Assembly (NCBI GenBank): GCA_964622095.1
Contig: CAZUPP010000007.1
Span: 16,823 to 80,822, forward strand
Origin: an uncultured Verrucomicrobiales bacterium
Lineage (GTDB): Bacteria; Verrucomicrobiota; Verrucomicrobiia; Verrucomicrobiales; CAZUPP01
Direction: 5' to 3'
Length of the DNA: 64,000 bases
Shown here: positions 60,970-64,000 of the stretch, one piece after another
Numbering within the stretch: position 1 is the first letter of the stretch
How the letters are laid out: each line of letters opens with the position of its first letter
Made by a program: the position numbers and the translations under genes
The notes under the pieces: model-generated
Told to the model about the DNA's origin: nothing
The model's database searches: none
Seen by the model: the letters and a program-made list of their open reading frames with translations, nothing else

Positions 60970-61784
60970 GAGAAACGAAGATGATTGCAGCAATGAATCT
61001 GGCCTGCGTGCTCCAAGGTAAGTCGATGGAGGAGTCACTTCCGCTTTGCCGGGAAACCGGCTTTGACGCAGTTGGGGTTTGGTTTGAACCGGTCCGGCAA
61101 CTTGGAGTGTCTAACGCCGTGAAATTGATTTCAGACGAAGGTTTAAAAGTAAGTTCGCTGTGCCCGAGTGGATCGTTTGGTGATCACGGAGAGCACGGCT
61201 TTGCAGAAGCGGTCGAACATACCAAGCAGGCAATTGAGATGGCGAAGGAATTGAAGTCCGAGTGCCTTTGCCTGCTTCCGGGTTCCTATCCGCGCGATCA
61301 AACAGATCTCCAATTGGCTCGGGATTTTGCCCGACGTGGACTTGATGAAATAGTTCCCTACGCACAGGCCGCGGGCGTGACCATTGCGATTGAACCGCTG
61401 CACCCCATGTATGCAGACGGGTTTTCCGTAGTCGCTACCGTAGCCGAAGCCCGGCAATGGTGCCGGGATTATGGCTTGAAGTTATTCATCGATACTTACC
61501 ACGTTTGGTGGGACCACACGTTGCCCGAGGTATTGGCGGATGCTGGTGGAGAAATAGGCGGCTTTCACGTGAATGACTGGAGAAGGGATACAGAGAATTT
61601 AGTAAGCGATCGCGCGATTCCCGGAGAAGGCGTCATTGATCTGCCGCGCCTGTTTGAACTAGTCCGAAGAACCGGCTACGAAGGTGCGGCGGAGATTGAG
61701 ATATTCTCCAAACGCCATTCCAATGATGACGCGCAGGATTTTCTCAGGCGCTGCCGGGAAAGCCTGCGGCCATTCGGCGTGTAA
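60966..61784 (+). CDS. Sugar phosphate isomerase/epimerase (xylose isomerase-like TIM barrel)
   Basis: IAIEPLHP, IDTYHVWWD, FHVNDW, DR..PGEGVID, EIEIFS; GTGA overlap with the upstream gene. Confidence 0.92.
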   Translation: MRETKMIAAMNLACVLQGKSMEESLPLCRETGFDAVGVWFEPVRQLGVSNAVKLISDEGLKVSSLCPSGSFGDHGEHGFAEAVEHTKQAIEMAKELKSECLCLLPGSYPRDQTDLQLARDFARRGLDEIVPYAQAAGVTIAIEPLHPMYADGFSVVATVAEARQWCRDYGLKLFIDTYHVWWDHTLPEVLADAGGEIGGFHVNDWRRDTENLVSDRAIPGEGVIDLPRLFELVRRTGYEGAAEIEIFSKRHSNDDAQDFLRRCRESLRPFGV

Positions 61785-61846
61785 AGCCCGCTAGCGGCTT
61801 AACCTCGTCATTGCTCGATTGGGTTTATGTGGCTATCCTGAAAGGG

Positions 61847-63232
61847 ATGGAACCGGAACTATTCAGCTCCGCAGAGATGGAGAGCGCTGTGACAGATAAG
61901 GCTGCGCTCGAATTTCAGCCGCTCGCCGCGCGATTGAGGCCTCTTACACTCGATGAGATGTCAGGGCAATCCCATATTCTGGGAGAAGGTAAATTACTTC
62001 GGCGCATGATCGAGGCGGACCGGATCAGCAGTATTATCCTTTACGGGCCGCCGGGCACAGGAAAAACGAGCCTGGCACATGTCATCGCCAACTCTACCTC
62101 GGCGCGATTTGTGCGCCTGAGCGGAATTGAATCGAATGTCGCGGAGATGCGCAAGGTAATCTCGACGGCCATTGAGCACCTGGAAAAAGTACAGAGGAAG
62201 ACCATCCTGTTTGTCGATGAAATCCATCGGTTCAGCAAGAATCAGCAGGACATCTTATTGCCGGAGGTAGAGAGCGGGCGGGTGCGCTTTGTCGGTGCCA
62301 CCACGCATAATCCGTTTTTTTATGTAAACAGTCCGCTCGTTTCGCGCTCGCAGATATTTCAATTGGAGCCGCTAAAGGAGAATGAGATCATCCAATTATT
62401 GCAGCGGGCCCTCCGAAGTGAAGAAAAGGGGTTGGGGAAATATCGAATACACGCCGATGAAGAGGCATTAACTCATCTCGCAAAGATCTCCGACGGAGAT
62501 GCCAGGCGTGCCCTGAACGCGCTGGAGATTGGGATTCTTTCGACACAGCAGCGAAACTCAGCACATCCGGAAGAAGTGATTCATTTCACGCTCGCGGCAG
62601 CGGAAGAGAGTATTCAGAAAAAAGCGGTTGTCTACGATGCAAATGACGATCAGCATTATGATACCGCCAGTGCCTTTATCAAGAGCATTCGCGGATCCGA
62701 TCCTGACGCGGCGATTTATTGGCTGGCCAAAATGTTGCATGCCGGTGAAGATCCGCGCTTTATCGCCCGGCGGTTGGTTATTGCGGCCAGTGAGGATATT
62801 GGGATGGCTGATCCGCGAGCGTTGCTGATCGCCGTTGCAACTCAGCAGGCGGTGGAATTTGTCGGTTTGCCAGAGGCGAGAATCAATTTAGCCCAAGCTG
62901 TTGTGCATTTGGCGACCGCGCCGAAGAGTAACCGTGCCTATGCGGCCTTAAGCGCGGCTTTGGCTGATATAGAAAAAGGCAGAACGCTGGCCGTGCCTGT
63001 TCACCTGAGAGAATCGCATTATGGCGGAGCCAAGCAACTGGGGCATGGCGAAGACTATCGATATAGCCATGACTATGAAGGTGCCTATGTGCCGCAGGCG
63101 TATCTGGACGAAGGGCGCTGCTACTACGAGCCGAGCGATCAGGGAGATGAGCGGCAGGTCAGAGAACGGCTGAGCCACTGGCGGGCGCTTTTTCAGCAGT
63201 CGCAGAGAGAGGGTGCAGGGAAGGATAAATAG
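61847..63232 (+). CDS. rarA: Replication-associated recombination protein A
   Basis: PLAARLRP, YGPPGTGKT, FVDEIHRF, ATTHNP, SAFIKSIRGSDPDAA, SEDIGMADP. Confidence 0.96.
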   Translation: MEPELFSSAEMESAVTDKAALEFQPLAARLRPLTLDEMSGQSHILGEGKLLRRMIEADRISSIILYGPPGTGKTSLAHVIANSTSARFVRLSGIESNVAEMRKVISTAIEHLEKVQRKTILFVDEIHRFSKNQQDILLPEVESGRVRFVGATTHNPFFYVNSPLVSRSQIFQLEPLKENEIIQLLQRALRSEEKGLGKYRIHADEEALTHLAKISDGDARRALNALEIGILSTQQRNSAHPEEVIHFTLAAAEESIQKKAVVYDANDDQHYDTASAFIKSIRGSDPDAAIYWLAKMLHAGEDPRFIARRLVIAASEDIGMADPRALLIAVATQQAVEFVGLPEARINLAQAVVHLATAPKSNRAYAALSAALADIEKGRTLAVPVHLRESHYGGAKQLGHGEDYRYSHDYEGAYVPQAYLDEGRCYYEPSDQGDERQVRERLSHWRALFQQSQREGAGKDK

Positions 63233-63278
63233 TGGTGAAGGTAATATAGAGTCTACGAATCGCGACGGGAAACCTCAT

Positions 63279-64000
63279 TTAGGTAATGGTGACCTTTTCG
63301 GCCACTGGATCGCTGTGATGCTGGGCGTATTTATGTAGTAGTCGCCTCATGTTGCCGAGCAAGTTTGTATTCTCAGAGGTTGGCGACAGCGCAAGATTGC
63401 TCAATTCTCCTGGGTCTTTGCGCAAATCAAATAGCTCCCATTGTTCTTCTGGATCACTATTCTCATAATAATAAATGAGCTTCGCATCGCGGGTTCGAAT
63501 GCCGCAGTGACTGGGCACATCATAATCCCCATAGTAATGATAATAATGTGCGTCTCGCCAATCGGTTGGAGTTTTTGAGGTGAAAAGCGGCGTGATGCTC
63601 TGCCCCTGGAAAGATGGATTGTCCGCGGGTGCGGAGGCGAGATCACAAAACGTCGGCGCAAAGTCTAAGAGAGAGATAAAGTCATCACAGACTCTGCCCG
63701 ATTGGATAAATCCCGGAAGCCGCATGAGTAAGGGCAGGCGCAAACTGTCCTCATACATCCACATTTTATTATACAACCCATGATCGCCTAGAAAATATCC
63801 GTTGTCTGAGGTATACACTACAAGGGTATTATCGCTCAGACCGGTTTGGTCTAAATAATCCAAAACCCGCCCGACAGAGTCATCCAGTGCGGCAACTAAT
63901 CTGAGATATCCTTTAAACACAGTTTGGTAAGCGAACCGGCGGAAAGCATGTTTGTCGTGACGAGAAGGGATAGCGCAATCGCCCAATTCGTCCCCCGCAA
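63279..64000 (-). CDS. Sulfatase family protein (C-terminal part; begins beyond the window)
   Basis: LDDSVGRVLDYL...L.DNTLVVYTSDNG..LGDHG...K..MYEDS.R.PL, WELFDL.KDP.E..NL. Confidence 0.93.
   Translation of the reverse strand, partial: AGDELGDCAIPSRHDKHAFRRFAYQTVFKGYLRLVAALDDSVGRVLDYLDQTGLSDNTLVVYTSDNGYFLGDHGLYNKMWMYEDSLRLPLLMRLPGFIQSGRVCDDFISLLDFAPTFCDLASAPADNPSFQGQSITPLFTSKTPTDWRDAHYYHYYGDYDVPSHCGIRTRDAKLIYYYENSDPEEQWELFDLRKDPGELSNLALSPTSENTNLLGNMRRLLHKYAQHHSDPVAEKVTIT

Noticed and set aside
1..64000. tRNA, rRNA, CRISPR arrays, transposases, prophage or known defence genes
   Set aside because: None recognised by eye; intergenic regions are short and show no regularly spaced repeats. A covariance-model scan was not possible.

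Overview
Gene-dense bacterial chromosomal window of moderately high GC. It is most likely from a Verrucomicrobiota/PVC organism, inferred from the SHD1-domain and GYF-domain proteins, the type of 3D-domain protein and the gene order. About 55 CDS are present. Housekeeping genes include yajC-secDF, a squalene/phytoene synthase, glgC, glmS, uvrB, HU, rsmE-dnaJ-grpE, recC, prmA and rarA. Accessory modules are: a stand-alone secreted duplicate of the SecDF periplasmic domain; an SRPBCC-sulfotransferase-GT4-deacetylase-ParA-partner run; a GYF/zinc-ribbon/pseudo-protease membrane protein; a STAS-PP2C pair fused into the grpE operon; a three-gene minor-pilin cluster whose large PilX-like member has an HpsA-like C-terminus; a persulfide reductase fusion with a divergent ArsR regulator and palindromic operator; and a glycosidase-oxidoreductase-isomerase cluster. 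Two genes are frameshifted at GGGG runs and two small degraded genes were found by manual reading. No rRNA, tRNA, CRISPR array or transposase was recognised. All family calls come from motif recognition by eye, not from database searches.
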